A stretch of 64,000 nt of DNA from Candidatus Latescibacterota bacterium. Lineage in GTDB: Bacteria > Latescibacterota > UBA2968 > UBA8231. The DNA lies in contig CBDCSU010000006.1 of assembly GCA_965221775.1 (NCBI GenBank), positions 2,080,001-2,144,000 of the forward strand, read 5' to 3'. The first letter of the stretch is position 1, and each line of letters starts with the position of its first letter. This document shows, piece after piece, positions 36,206-46,284 of the stretch. Below the pieces are notes generated by a model, which worked only from the letters and a program-made list of their open reading frames with translations, was not told where the DNA came from and did not search any database. Made by a program: the position numbers and the translations under genes.

Positions 36206-38485
36206 GTGACGGCAGGTTCTCCCAAAGTGAGCGTCCTCTCGTTCCTGCAGGACAGGCGGCTCGTCTGGCCGGCATACATCCTCGTGATGTGCCTGTTGTC
36301 GGCGCTCTTCTTCGGCAGCCTGAAGGACCACCTGCTCGATGTCCACGACCACGAGACCTTCCAGGACAACATCGCCATCGGAGAGGACTTCTCCTTCTTC
36401 TTCTCTCCGGAGAAACAACAACCCACCGGCCGCCCGGCTGCCGACTTGGTCAAGTACGTCGCCTACGAGATCGGGGGGAACGATCCGGGCTTCTTCCACC
36501 TCCTCGTGGCCGCCGTCCACACCGTGGCCGCTCTTCTCCTGGCGTACCTGTGCTGGCGACTGGGGATGGGCCCCCGGCTGAGTCTGGCGGGTGGACTGCT
36601 GTTCCTGGTCAACGTCGCGCACTTCCAGGCCGTCCACCACATCTCCGCTCTCGACTATCCCCTCGCCCTGGCCCTGGGTCTGGGAGCCTTGCACTGCTAT
36701 GTGACCTGGATGTCGACCCGGCGTTGGGGCTGGCTGCTGGCGTTCCATCTCGCTTCGGTCATCAGCATCGCGGCTCTTGCCGTCATGGTCTTCCTGTGGC
36801 CGTTCTGTCTCTACCTCTCATGGTCCCGGGGAGAGGAGCTGAAGACCGCGGTCCGTCCCCTTCTTCCTCTACTTGTCCTGATGGCGGCGGCGCTGGTCCT
36901 CATCGTGGCCATCACCCCCGGAGAGACCAACGCCGGGCGGGCGATCGGCCTCTACCTGGAGAGGGGAGCGGCGGACAATCTCCGGAGCATGGGGGAGGTT
37001 CTCCTGTGGTTCTCGAGCCGGCTGCTCACAACCGCTCACTGGCTGCTGGTCCCCCTCTACGAGCTGCAGCCCTGGGAGCTGTATGCGGGGGCCGGGGTGC
37101 TCACCGGTCTGGCGGTGCTTGTGTACTGGAGAGGCTCGCCGGGGTCGTTGTGGTCCGTCTGGGTGCTGCTGTCCCTCGTGCCATTCGTGCCCCTGGCCGA
37201 TGCGGAAGCCATCCTCAACAGGGCATCGGGTCCCTCCCGATACCTGTACCTGGCTACCGCGGGCACTTCTCTTCTGCTGGCCTGGGGCCTGGAGGAGGGG
37301 AGTCGGCGGCTCCTGTCCTGGGGGTGGTACCTGCATGGTGTCCTTCTGGCCAGCATCCTGCTCAGCAGCTACCACTATCTCAAAGAGGCCGAAGCTGTTT
37401 CCCTCTATGCCTCGGGGCGGAACTACATCACCCGCGGCGACGTTGACACGGGGGTCGAGCAATTGAAGCGCGCCATCGACCAGGGCCGTGACGCAATCGA
37501 CCTGGAGGATGCGTACGAACGCTTTTTCTACATGGGCATGGGGAAGGAGGGGCACGAGGCCGTTCTCGACGAGGCCCTGGCGGCGTTTCCGAACAACTTG
37601 GCGTTGAACACCTTGAAGCTGGCACACGACTCGATGAAGCCGGATTCACTGCTTTCGAGTCGCGCCAGGAAGCAGCTCGAGGTCTTGAAAGGCCAGGATG
37701 CGGAAGCATCGATTGAAGTGGGATGGGGAAAGCGAATCGTCCTTAACGACAAGGAGACCATCCAGGCGACCAGGCGCTGGCTCGCCGGTTTCTTCCACAA
37801 CACGGGACACAATCTGGGCACGGGATCAGCGAACCTGGAAGATCTGGAGAGGGCGATCCTCGCCTATCGGCGCGCCCTGGAGTTCGATCCTGACAGAACG
37901 GCGACCTACGAGAACCTCGTCAACGCCCTGGCCTCTGCAGGTCGTGAGACAGAAGCCGTTCTGGCTGCTCTCGAGGCGGTGGAGCGGAATCCGGAAGCTA
38001 CCGGGGGATTGCTCATATCCGCTTCCCTTGGACTGCTGGCCTCCGGGAGAGCGGAGGAAGCGATCGTCCACTGTCATCGGGCCTTGAGGAATGGGTCCAC
38101 CACCGAAGCGCAATCCGAGGCAGTCTTCGAGATCTATGCCGGCATTCTGAAGGGCGACTACGGCGAGGTCAGCATCTCGGCCTGCACCCGCATGGGCATG
38201 GATCTGCTGGACGGCGGACGAGCCGAAGACGCGGCTCAAGCCTTCCGCCAGGCGCTGGACCGGGACGCGGCCAACAGCCAGGCCCACTTCGGTCTGGCGT
38301 TGGCGCTCCTTGCGCAGGGGCAGGTGGAGGAAGCGGGAAGGCTCCATGCCGAGGGGGTGGAGCGGTTCGGCCGGGCCGGGGCGAGAGAATCGGGTGCGGT
38401 GGAGGGCCTCCGGCGCCTCATCGCCCGGGGCATCGAGGTGGAGGCGGCCCAGGAGATACTCGCCACGAACTGGCCGGAACGGTGA
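36206..38485 (+). CDS. TMTC-like membrane glycosyltransferase (GT-C) N-terminus with C-terminal TPR repeats, paralog 1
   Basis: Multiple TM helices; GRP, FHLL..VH, LFLVNVAHFQAVHHIS, RYLYLA; TPRs AILAYRRALEFDP, AHFGLALALLAQG; start uncertain. Confidence 0.78.
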   Translation: MTAGSPKVSVLSFLQDRRLVWPAYILVMCLLSALFFGSLKDHLLDVHDHETFQDNIAIGEDFSFFFSPEKQQPTGRPAADLVKYVAYEIGGNDPGFFHLLVAAVHTVAALLLAYLCWRLGMGPRLSLAGGLLFLVNVAHFQAVHHISALDYPLALALGLGALHCYVTWMSTRRWGWLLAFHLASVISIAALAVMVFLWPFCLYLSWSRGEELKTAVRPLLPLLVLMAAALVLIVAITPGETNAGRAIGLYLERGAADNLRSMGEVLLWFSSRLLTTAHWLLVPLYELQPWELYAGAGVLTGLAVLVYWRGSPGSLWSVWVLLSLVPFVPLADAEAILNRASGPSRYLYLATAGTSLLLAWGLEEGSRRLLSWGWYLHGVLLASILLSSYHYLKEAEAVSLYASGRNYITRGDVDTGVEQLKRAIDQGRDAIDLEDAYERFFYMGMGKEGHEAVLDEALAAFPNNLALNTLKLAHDSMKPDSLLSSRARKQLEVLKGQDAEASIEVGWGKRIVLNDKETIQATRRWLAGFFHNTGHNLGTGSANLEDLERAILAYRRALEFDPDRTATYENLVNALASAGRETEAVLAALEAVERNPEATGGLLISASLGLLASGRAEEAIVHCHRALRNGSTTEAQSEAVFEIYAGILKGDYGEVSISACTRMGMDLLDGGRAEDAAQAFRQALDRDAANSQAHFGLALALLAQGQVEEAGRLHAEGVERFGRAGARESGAVEGLRRLIARGIEVEAAQEILATNWPER

Positions 38486-40765
38486 GCATGGGTGAACCAC
38501 TATCGACCGGGCCGGCCTACTCGCGGATTGTGAGCAATCGGCGTCTCCTGTGGCCGGGATACGTCGTGGTGATGTGCGTGGTGTCGGCCCTCTTCTTCGG
38601 CAGCCTGAAGGATCATCTGCTCGACATGGACGACCATGAGGCCTTTCAGGACAACATCGGCATGGCCGAGGATTTCTCGTTCTTCCTCTCCTCGGAGAAG
38701 CAACAGCCTGGCGGGCGCCCGCTCGCGGAGCTGATCAAGCTGGCTGGCTATCTGATCTGGGGCAACGACCCAGGATCGTTCCACTTGCTGGTCGTCGCCC
38801 TTCACACTCTTGCAGCGATCCTCTTGGCGATCTTGTTGTGGCACCAAGGGATGGCACTGCGCACGAGCCTTGTTGGTGGACTGCTCTTCCTGGTCAATGT
38901 GGCCCACTTTCGGGCGGTTCACTGGATAGCGGCTATCGAATTTCCCCTTGCTCTGAGTTGCGGCTTGGGAGCCCTGATCTGCTATCAGCACTTTCTCGAG
39001 GATCGGAGATCCCGGTGGTTGTGGGGGTTCTACGGCGGATTGGTCCTCAGCATTGCGGCTCTCTCGGCGATGGCATTTCTGTGGCCTTTCTGCCTCTACT
39101 GGTCCTGGGCGAGGGAGCATGACATCAGAGCCTCGCTGCGCCCACTCCTGCCCCTGCTCCCTGGTTGTTCTGGAGTTGGTTGTCATTGCCGCTCTCACCC
39201 CCAGAGAGAACAGTACTTGGCGCGCCATTGACCAATTCCTGGAGGGTGATCCCTCCAGTCTCTTTCTTGGCACGGGCCGGCTCTTCCTTTGGCTATTGAG
39301 CCGGCTGCTGACCACCGCACACTGGCGGCCCGTCTCTCTGTATGAATTGGAGCATTGGGAGTTCTATGCCGGTGCCGGCGTGCTTGCAGGTCTCGGAGTA
39401 CTGGTGTACTGGAGCCGACTCCCTGTGTCCGTGTGGTCCGTCTGGATACTGCTCTCGATTCTGCCCTTCCTGCCGCTGAATGACGCGTGGATCATCGGCC
39501 GACCAGAGGGACCTTCGCGCCATCTCTACCCTGCCACGGCCGGTACGTCGCTGTTGCTGGCGTGGGGCCTGGAGGAGGGGAGCCGGCGGCTCCTGTCCTG
39601 GGGGCGCTACCTGTATGGTGTCCTTCTGGCCGGCATCCTGCTCAGCAGCTTCTACTATCTCAAAGAGGCCGAAGCTGTTTCCCTCTATTCCGCGGGCAGG
39701 CACTACATCGCCCGCGGCGACTTCGACACGGGAGTCGAGCAGTTGAAGCGCGCTATCGACCAGGGCCGTGACACCATCGATCTGGAGGATGCGTACAAAC
39801 GCATCTGTTACATGGGCATGGGGAAGGAGGGGGCGGAGGACGTTCTGTACGAAGCCTTGGCGGTCTATCCGGGCAACGTGGGGTTGAACGGCCTCAAACT
39901 GGCTCTCGATTCGATGCAGCCGGATTCTGTTCTCGCGAGTCGGGCCCTGCACCAGCTCAGGCTCCTCAAGGGCAAAGAGGCAACCGTGTCCTTGGAGGTG
40001 AGCAAGGGGAAGCACATCCTCATCGAGGGCCGGGGCGTCATCGAGACGACCAGGCGTGGGATCGCGGGGTTCTTCCACAACACGGGGCAGAATCTGGGCA
40101 CGGGATTGGTAGCCTTGGTAGATCTGGACAGGGCGATCCTCGCGTATCGGCGGGCCCTGGAGTTGGATCCGGACCGCATGGTGACTTACGAAGCCCTCGT
40201 CACGGCGCTGCTGGCTTCTGCAGGACGGGAGCCAGAAGCCGTGCGGGTGGCTGCCCAGGCGGTGGAGCGGAGTCCGGATGCTCCCGCTGGATTGCTCATA
40301 ACAGCTTCCTTTGGGCTGTTGGCCTCGAAGAGAGCAGAGGAAGCGATCGTCCACTGTCATCGGGCCTTGAGCAACGGCTCCGCGACGGAGGTGCAATCGG
40401 GGACGGTCTTCAGGATCTACGGCAAAGTTCTGGACGGGGAGTACGGCGAGGTGAGCAGCGCGTCGGCAACCCGGATGGGCATGGATCTGCTGGACGGCGG
40501 ACGAGGCGAAGAGGCGGCTCAAGCCTTCCGGCAGGCGCTGGACCGGGACGCGGCCAACAGCCAGGCCCACTTCGGTCTGGCGTTGGCGCTCCTTGCGCAG
40601 GGGCAGGTGGAGGAAGGGGAGAGGCTCTATGCCGAGGGCGTGGAGAGGTTCGGCGCGGCGAGGGAGGAGTCCGGCGCTGCGGAAGGTCTCCGGCGCCTCA
40701 TCGCCCGGGGTGTCCAGGCGGAGGCGGCGCGGGCGATACTCGCAACCTATTGGCCGGAACAGTGA
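38482..40765 (+). pseudogene. TMTC-like GT-C+TPR paralog 2, frameshifted near 39160
   Basis: ORF 38482-39231 matches the N-part of paralog 1 up to RPLLPLL; ORF 39053-40765 resumes at LVVLELVVIAALTP; about 2 nt are missing relative to paralog 1. Confidence 0.8.
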
Positions 40766-40877
40766 GGCATGGCTCGCCAGCTGCCGGCACGGGATGCAGG
40801 TGGGGACCGGAGCCAATCACGGGCGGGGGGAGTTCGCGGTGGCGAGCGTCTACGCGGCGGCCGGCCCAGGCTGCACC

Positions 40878-42116
40878 TCAGTCCAGCCTCCACCGGCGCA
40901 GGTCGGGCGGGTTCGCCCGTTCCCGCCGCAACTCGTAGTCGTAGATCACCCTTCCCAGCTCGGCCAGGAAGGGGAACCCCACCTCGTCGTACTCGTACTC
41001 CCCGTCGTTGAAGATCCCGTTGTCGTTGACCAGCAGGACCGCGGTCAGGAGGAACTCCACGTTCTCCTCCAGGTCGACGACATAGGCGTTGTCCACCATG
41101 TAGCCGTAGGCCAGACCCACCTTGTTGAAGATCCGCACGTTCGCGGGCATGGGGGCCTTGCTGTCGCCGAAGAGGAAGAACTTCACGTAGCTGTCATAGT
41201 AGACCTCCGGGTCGTACCGGGGGTGGGAACACTCCCGGGGCAGCATGGACATGCATCGGTGGAGGAAGGCGGAGTCGTCGGCCCTCAGGTCAAAGCGCCG
41301 GTGGGCGGGCAGGGTCTCGGGGAAGAGGGCGGCTACCAGCAGCTCCTGCAGCACTTCCACCGACATGTAGTTCGATCCGGCGAAGTCCTTCGGCGCCTCC
41401 ACCAGCTCGCCGCCGCGGATGTATCCCTTTCCCTTGAGGATCGGAGCGGGAGAGCGCCAGGTGTGGGGATTCACCAGCATGGGCTGGCGGTGGAGGAGCT
41501 GGTCTCCCCGGTAGAAGGTGAAGGGATTGGTGCGGCGGTTCTCGTCGGCGGATCTGGCCACGGCCAGGCGGTGGGTCAAGCGCGTGTCGTGGTATCTCTT
41601 CTCCCACAGGCCCTCGTTCATGCGCTGCTGGCCGAGGAACTCGTAGAGGCGGTTGTAGGCGTCGTTGTCGCTGACGGCGAAGAGCTTGCGGATGTAGTGG
41701 GCGATGGTGGGCCGCCCGCCGGGGGCGGTGGAGTCCTGGCGCACTGAAGTCTGGCGGCTGTAGGCGCTGTCGATGAGGACCGCCTCGTCCCGGGAGAGTC
41801 CGAGGCGGTTCAGCTTCTCCAGGGCCAGCAGGGCACCGGCCAGCTTGATGGCGCTGGCGGGGTAGAAGTAGGCGCCGGGATCGACCCGGTAGCGATGGCG
41901 GGTGAAACGGGGACGGTTGTCGGCGCCGCGGTCGATCTGCGTGTAGAGGATCTGCAGCTCGTGGCGCTCGGCGTCGGCCAGCACGGGCGCGCAGACGGGA
42001 TTCGCGCGCAGCAACGAGTCGATCAAGGCGGTCCCTTCCGCCGGCGCGGCACCGAAGCAGGCCAGCAGAAAGCCGGCGGTCGCCGCGAGGCGCGCAGTCG
42101 ACAGGAGGGTTGGCAA
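40878..42116 (-). CDS. Secreted serine hydrolase, class A beta-lactamase-like
   Basis: YPASAIK (SxxK), SDN, NKVG; signal peptide. Confidence 0.85.
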   Translation of the reverse strand: MPTLLSTARLAATAGFLLACFGAAPAEGTALIDSLLRANPVCAPVLADAERHELQILYTQIDRGADNRPRFTRHRYRVDPGAYFYPASAIKLAGALLALEKLNRLGLSRDEAVLIDSAYSRQTSVRQDSTAPGGRPTIAHYIRKLFAVSDNDAYNRLYEFLGQQRMNEGLWEKRYHDTRLTHRLAVARSADENRRTNPFTFYRGDQLLHRQPMLVNPHTWRSPAPILKGKGYIRGGELVEAPKDFAGSNYMSVEVLQELLVAALFPETLPAHRRFDLRADDSAFLHRCMSMLPRECSHPRYDPEVYYDSYVKFFLFGDSKAPMPANVRIFNKVGLAYGYMVDNAYVVDLEENVEFLLTAVLLVNDNGIFNDGEYEYDEVGFPFLAELGRVIYDYELRRERANPPDLRRWRLD

Positions 42117-42160
42117 GGGAGGCCGGTGATGACCGGGATCAGCGAGGCCGGCTCACGTTC

Positions 42161-42465
42161 CTACTGCAATTCCCAGATCTGCACGTTGTGCAGGGGCAGG
42201 TCGAAGGGGTGCTCCCCGTACTCCAGGACCGGTATCCCCTCGGTGTCCGTCCTGACCACGACGTGCAGCCGGTGGGGGGAGACGCCGGTGTCCACGCGCT
42301 GGAGGAACTGCCACTGGTCACCCTCGTGGGAGGTGATTCGCATCATGGTCCACTCGATCGGAGGCCTGGTCGGTGTGCGGCGGGCCGGGGGGCAGGGTGA
42401 AGCTCTCGCCGATGGTGGAGGTGGAGTTCGGGTTCGTGTGGGCCACGAGGACCCAGGTGCCGGAA
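42161..42465 (-). pseudogene. Probable gene remnant (C-terminal fragment with internal frameshift)
   Basis: GC3-biased frame SGTWVLVAHTNPNSTSTIGESFTLP switches near 42360 to IEWTMMRITSHEGDQWQF...WELQ*. Confidence 0.3.
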
Positions 42466-42602
42466 AAGCAAGGGCCACTCCGAAGAGCGGCCCTTGAGCC
42501 GACAGCACGCTGCCGGCGGGTACCTGCGGGAGGAATCTACAGGCGATCCCCGGGCCGGCAAGTCATGGTCGGCGGCCTCGGTCGCCGCAACGCCTCCTCG
42601 GC

Positions 42603-43337
42603 TCAGAGCCCCCGTTCCTGGATGATGTTCTCGGTCACCACGCGGCCGTCGAAGAGGTGGATGATGCGGTGGGCGTGGTCGGCGTAGGCCGGCGAGTGGG
42701 TGACCATGACGATGGTCGTGTCGGACTCGTTCAGCTCCGTGAGCATGGCCATCACCTCGTCGCCGTGGCGGGAGTCGAGGTTGCCCGTGGGCTCGTCGGC
42801 CAGGATCAGCCGGGGCTTGGCGACGACGGCGCGGGCCACCGCCACCCGCTGCTGCTGGCCGCCGGAGAGCTGCTGCGGGAAGTGCTTCTCCCGGTGGGCG
42901 ATCTGCACCTGGTCGAGGGCCTCGGCGACGCGTTGCCGCCGCTCGCCGGCGGGCAGGCCCAGGTAGAGCAGGGGCAGCTCCACGTTCTCGTAGACGGTGA
43001 GCTCGTCGATGAGGTTGAAGCTCTGGAAGACGAAGCCGATCGTCCCCTTGCGCAGGTTGGCGCGGTTGCGCTCGGAGTACGAGGCCACCTCCTCCCCGCA
43101 CAGCCAGTACTCCCCCTCCGTCGGGTTGTCGAGCAGGCCGAGGAGGTTCAGCAGCGTCGACTTGCCGCATCCCGAGGGCCCCATGATGGCCACGAACTCG
43201 CCCTCGTGGATCTCGATGTTGACGTTGTCCAGGGCCGTGGTCTCCACCTCCTCGGTGGTGAAGAGCTTGCGCAACCCCTGGGTCCGGATCAGGGACTCCC
43301 TGTCGTTCCCGTTGCCGTTGGTCCTCTCGTCGGTCAT
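42603..43337 (-). CDS. ABC transporter ATP-binding protein, MacB/LolD type
   Basis: [39 protein letters not shown]. Confidence 0.96.
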   Translation of the reverse strand: MTDERTNGNGNDRESLIRTQGLRKLFTTEEVETTALDNVNIEIHEGEFVAIMGPSGCGKSTLLNLLGLLDNPTEGEYWLCGEEVASYSERNRANLRKGTIGFVFQSFNLIDELTVYENVELPLLYLGLPAGERRQRVAEALDQVQIAHREKHFPQQLSGGQQQRVAVARAVVAKPRLILADEPTGNLDSRHGDEVMAMLTELNESDTTIVMVTHSPAYADHAHRIIHLFDGRVVTENIIQERGL

Positions 43338-43374
43338 CGCCTGTTCTCCCTCTGTATGGGTTTGGTTCCGTGTG

Positions 43375-44721
43375 TCACTTGAGGACGAGGACGTCCATGT
43401 CCTCGCCGAAGCTCTCGTAGCCGGAGGTGATGACCCGCTCGCCCGGCTGCAGTCCCTCCAGCACCTCGTAGACCTTGGGGTTCTGGCGGCCGAGGCGGAT
43501 GTCCCGCCTCACGGCGCGGTCGCCGGAGGGCTCGAGCACGTAGGCCCAGTGTCCGCCGGTGGCTTGGTAGAACCCGCCCCGGGCGACCTGGGTGGCCTCC
43601 TCGAGATCCCCCAGCTCCAGGCGGATCTGCAGGGTCTGGCCGCGGCGGATGCCCTCCGGCGCGTCGCCCTCGAAGACCAGGTCGACCTCGAAGCGGCCCT
43701 CCTCCACCTCCGGGTAGACCTTGCGGATCACCAGGCCGAGGGGCTGGCCGTCGTGGTCGAGCTGGCCGCGCTGGCCGCGGTCGACGCGGGCGATGTAGTG
43801 CTCGTCGATGGCGGCCTCGACCTTGAAGCCGTCGAGGATGTCGATCTTGCCCAGGCGCGTGCCCGACCCCTTGCTCTCGCCGATCTCGGCGGCGAGGGCG
43901 GTGAGTTGCCCGGAGACCGGGGCGCGCACGGTGAGGTCGTCGAGGCGCCGGCGGATGATCTCCAGGTTGCGCTCCATGCGCTCCACCGCCGCCCGGGCCT
44001 GCACCACCCGGTCCACGGCCAGCAGCGAGTCCTGGCGGTGGGTCTCGCGGGTGAGGGCGAGCTTGCGGGCGTTGTACTCGTAGTTGTCGCGCAGCTTCTC
44101 GTAGTCCTGCAGGGGCATGATCGCCGCCAGGTCCTCCCGCGACAGGGAGGAGTAGCGCTCGAAGTTGCGGCGGTCGATCTGCGCCCGGTACTCGATCTCC
44201 ATGAGGCGCTGCCGGGAGCCGAGCAGGTCCTGCTCCATGGAGAGGCGGTTGCTGTGCAGCTCCTCGATCTTGCGCTCCAGCCCCGACTCCTGCTGCAGCA
44301 CGTGCAGCTCGAGCTCGGGATTGGCCAGGCGCAGAAGGGGGTCGCCTTCCGTCACGTTGGCCCCTTCCTCGACGAAGAGGCGCTGAACCTGGCCGCTCTC
44401 GAGGGCGTCGAGGTAGACGGTGCGGATGGGCAGCACCGTGCCGCGGACGGGGGTGTACTCCTGGAAGGGGCCGTGCACGACCTCGGAGATCGTCAGCCGG
44501 TCGCGGTCGACGTTGAGCTTGCGCACGCCGCTGTCCTTGAGCAGCCCCCAGGCGGCGAAGACTACGAAGAGCCCGGCGCCGGCGGCCCCGGCGATCCTGC
44601 GCGGGGGCCACCTCCGCCTGCTTATCTTCCTGTCCATGGCGGCGCCGCTGCCGGTGCTGCCTTCGGCGGTGCCGCCATCGACGAGGGCCGAAGCGATGGG
44701 TATCTGAACGGTTGTGGGCAT
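43375..44721 (-). CDS. Efflux periplasmic adaptor subunit (MacA/HlyD type)
   Basis: N-terminal TM, GTVLP, lipoyl-like GQVQRLFVEEG, coiled coil, VRAPVSG, EVLEGLQPGERVITS; alternative start 44637. Confidence 0.92.
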   Translation of the reverse strand: MPTTVQIPIASALVDGGTAEGSTGSGAAMDRKISRRRWPPRRIAGAAGAGLFVVFAAWGLLKDSGVRKLNVDRDRLTISEVVHGPFQEYTPVRGTVLPIRTVYLDALESGQVQRLFVEEGANVTEGDPLLRLANPELELHVLQQESGLERKIEELHSNRLSMEQDLLGSRQRLMEIEYRAQIDRRNFERYSSLSREDLAAIMPLQDYEKLRDNYEYNARKLALTRETHRQDSLLAVDRVVQARAAVERMERNLEIIRRRLDDLTVRAPVSGQLTALAAEIGESKGSGTRLGKIDILDGFKVEAAIDEHYIARVDRGQRGQLDHDGQPLGLVIRKVYPEVEEGRFEVDLVFEGDAPEGIRRGQTLQIRLELGDLEEATQVARGGFYQATGGHWAYVLEPSGDRAVRRDIRLGRQNPKVYEVLEGLQPGERVITSGYESFGEDMDVLVLK

Positions 44722-44765
44722 GATGCTTGCAGTTTCTCCTGTTGCACGCTCTGCGATCGCAGACC

Positions 44766-44780
44766 GCAAGATGCATGCCA
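44766..44780 (-). promoter_or_regulatory. Sigma54 (-24/-12) promoter of the adaptor-ATPase operon
   Basis: Minus strand TGGCATGCATCTTGC (GG-N10-GC), next to a divergent enhancer-binding protein gene. Confidence 0.8.
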
Positions 44781-44898
44781 TTTCCCCCAAGATACTGGAG
44801 CGCAACAGGATGAGCACTTTTGGCCCGAACCGCCCGAGAGACGGAGGTGCACGCCGGCGATACACGCGGTGTCCGTTGGCGTACACCGGGAGGCTGTC

Positions 44899-46284
44899 AT
44901 GAGGCCCGCCGCCGAGCCCAGGGTCCTGGTCGTCGACGACGATCCGGACGTCCTCGTCGCCGCCCGGCTGCTGCTCAAGCAGGAGGGCTACCGGGTCCGC
45001 ACCGAGGCCGACCCCCACGTGATCCCCGCGGTGCTGCGCGACGATGCGCCCGACATCGTGCTCCTGGACATGAACTACAGCCAGGACGCGGCCTCGGGCC
45101 GCGAGGGGTTCTACTGGCTGCAGCAGATCCGCCAGCTGGACCCCGAGGCGGTGGTCATCCCCATCACCGCGTACGGCGACGTGGAGATGGCGGTGCGCGC
45201 CGTCCGCGAGGGGGCGGTGGACTTCGTCCTCAAGCCGTGGCAGAACGAGAAGCTGCTGGCCACCCTGTCGGCGGCGGCGCAGCTGCGCCGCTCGCGGTCG
45301 GAGGCCCGGGGCCTGCGCTCGCGCCAGGACCAGCTGGCCGCCGACCTCGACCAGCCCTTCGTCGACATCATCGGCGACTCGCCGCCCATGCGCGAGATCT
45401 TCGACACCATCGCCAAGGTCTCCGCCACCGACGCCAACGTCCTCATCCTCGGCGAGAACGGCTCCGGCAAGGAGCTGGTGGCCCGCGAGATCCACCGCCG
45501 CTCGGCGCGCGCCGGCGAGGTCTTCATCTCCGTCGACATGGGCGCCGTCTCCGAGAGCCTCTTCGACAGCGAGCTCTTCGGCCACGTGAAGGGCGCCTTC
45601 ACCGACGCGCGCTCGGACCGCGCCGGCCGCTTCGAGGTCGCCTCGGGCGGCACCCTGTTCCTCGACGAGATCGGCAACCTGCCGCTGCCGCTGCAGGCCA
45701 AGCTGCTCACCTGCCTGCAGAGCCGCGAGGTGGTGCGCGTCGGCTCGAACAAGCCGGTCCCCATCGACGTGCGCCTCCTGTGCGCCACCAACATGCCGGT
45801 GTACGACATGGTCGGCGAGGGAGGCTTCCGCCAGGACCTGCTCTACCGCATCAACACGATCGAGGTGCGCATCCCGCCCCTGCGCGAGCGCCCCGGCGAC
45901 ATCGAGGCCCTGGTGGACCACTACCTCGACCAGTACGGGAAGAAGTACGGCCGCCCGGTGCGCGGCCTCTCCCGCGGCGCCCTGGAGAAGCTGCGCGCCT
46001 ACGCCTGGCCGGGGAACGTGCGCGAGCTGCAGCACGCCGTGGAGCGCGCCGTCATCATGGCCGAGGGACCCCGGCTGGAGGCCGACGACTTCCTGCTCAC
46101 CGCGCCCGGACCGGCCCCCGCGGGGGAGGCGGAGAGCTTCGACAGCTACAACCTCGAGGACGTGGAGCGGGTGGTCATCGAGCGCGTCCTGCGCAAGCAC
46201 CAGGGCAACGTCAGCCACGCCGCCCGCGAGCTGGGCCTGACGCGCACCTCCCTCTACCGGAGGATGGAGAAGTATGGCCTCTGA
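44899..46284 (+). CDS. Sigma54-dependent response regulator (NtrC family)
   Basis: Receiver VVDDD / LLDMN / KPW; GENGSGKE; GAFTDA; LFLDEIG; WPGNVREL; Fis-type HTH. Confidence 0.96.
   Translation: MRPAAEPRVLVVDDDPDVLVAARLLLKQEGYRVRTEADPHVIPAVLRDDAPDIVLLDMNYSQDAASGREGFYWLQQIRQLDPEAVVIPITAYGDVEMAVRAVREGAVDFVLKPWQNEKLLATLSAAAQLRRSRSEARGLRSRQDQLAADLDQPFVDIIGDSPPMREIFDTIAKVSATDANVLILGENGSGKELVAREIHRRSARAGEVFISVDMGAVSESLFDSELFGHVKGAFTDARSDRAGRFEVASGGTLFLDEIGNLPLPLQAKLLTCLQSREVVRVGSNKPVPIDVRLLCATNMPVYDMVGEGGFRQDLLYRINTIEVRIPPLRERPGDIEALVDHYLDQYGKKYGRPVRGLSRGALEKLRAYAWPGNVRELQHAVERAVIMAEGPRLEADDFLLTAPGPAPAGEAESFDSYNLEDVERVVIERVLRKHQGNVSHAARELGLTRTSLYRRMEKYGL

Noticed and set aside
40878-42116. Antibiotic-resistance beta-lactamase
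   Set aside because: SxxK/SDN/KxG motifs are shared by many serine hydrolases; large insertions; no evidence for resistance function.
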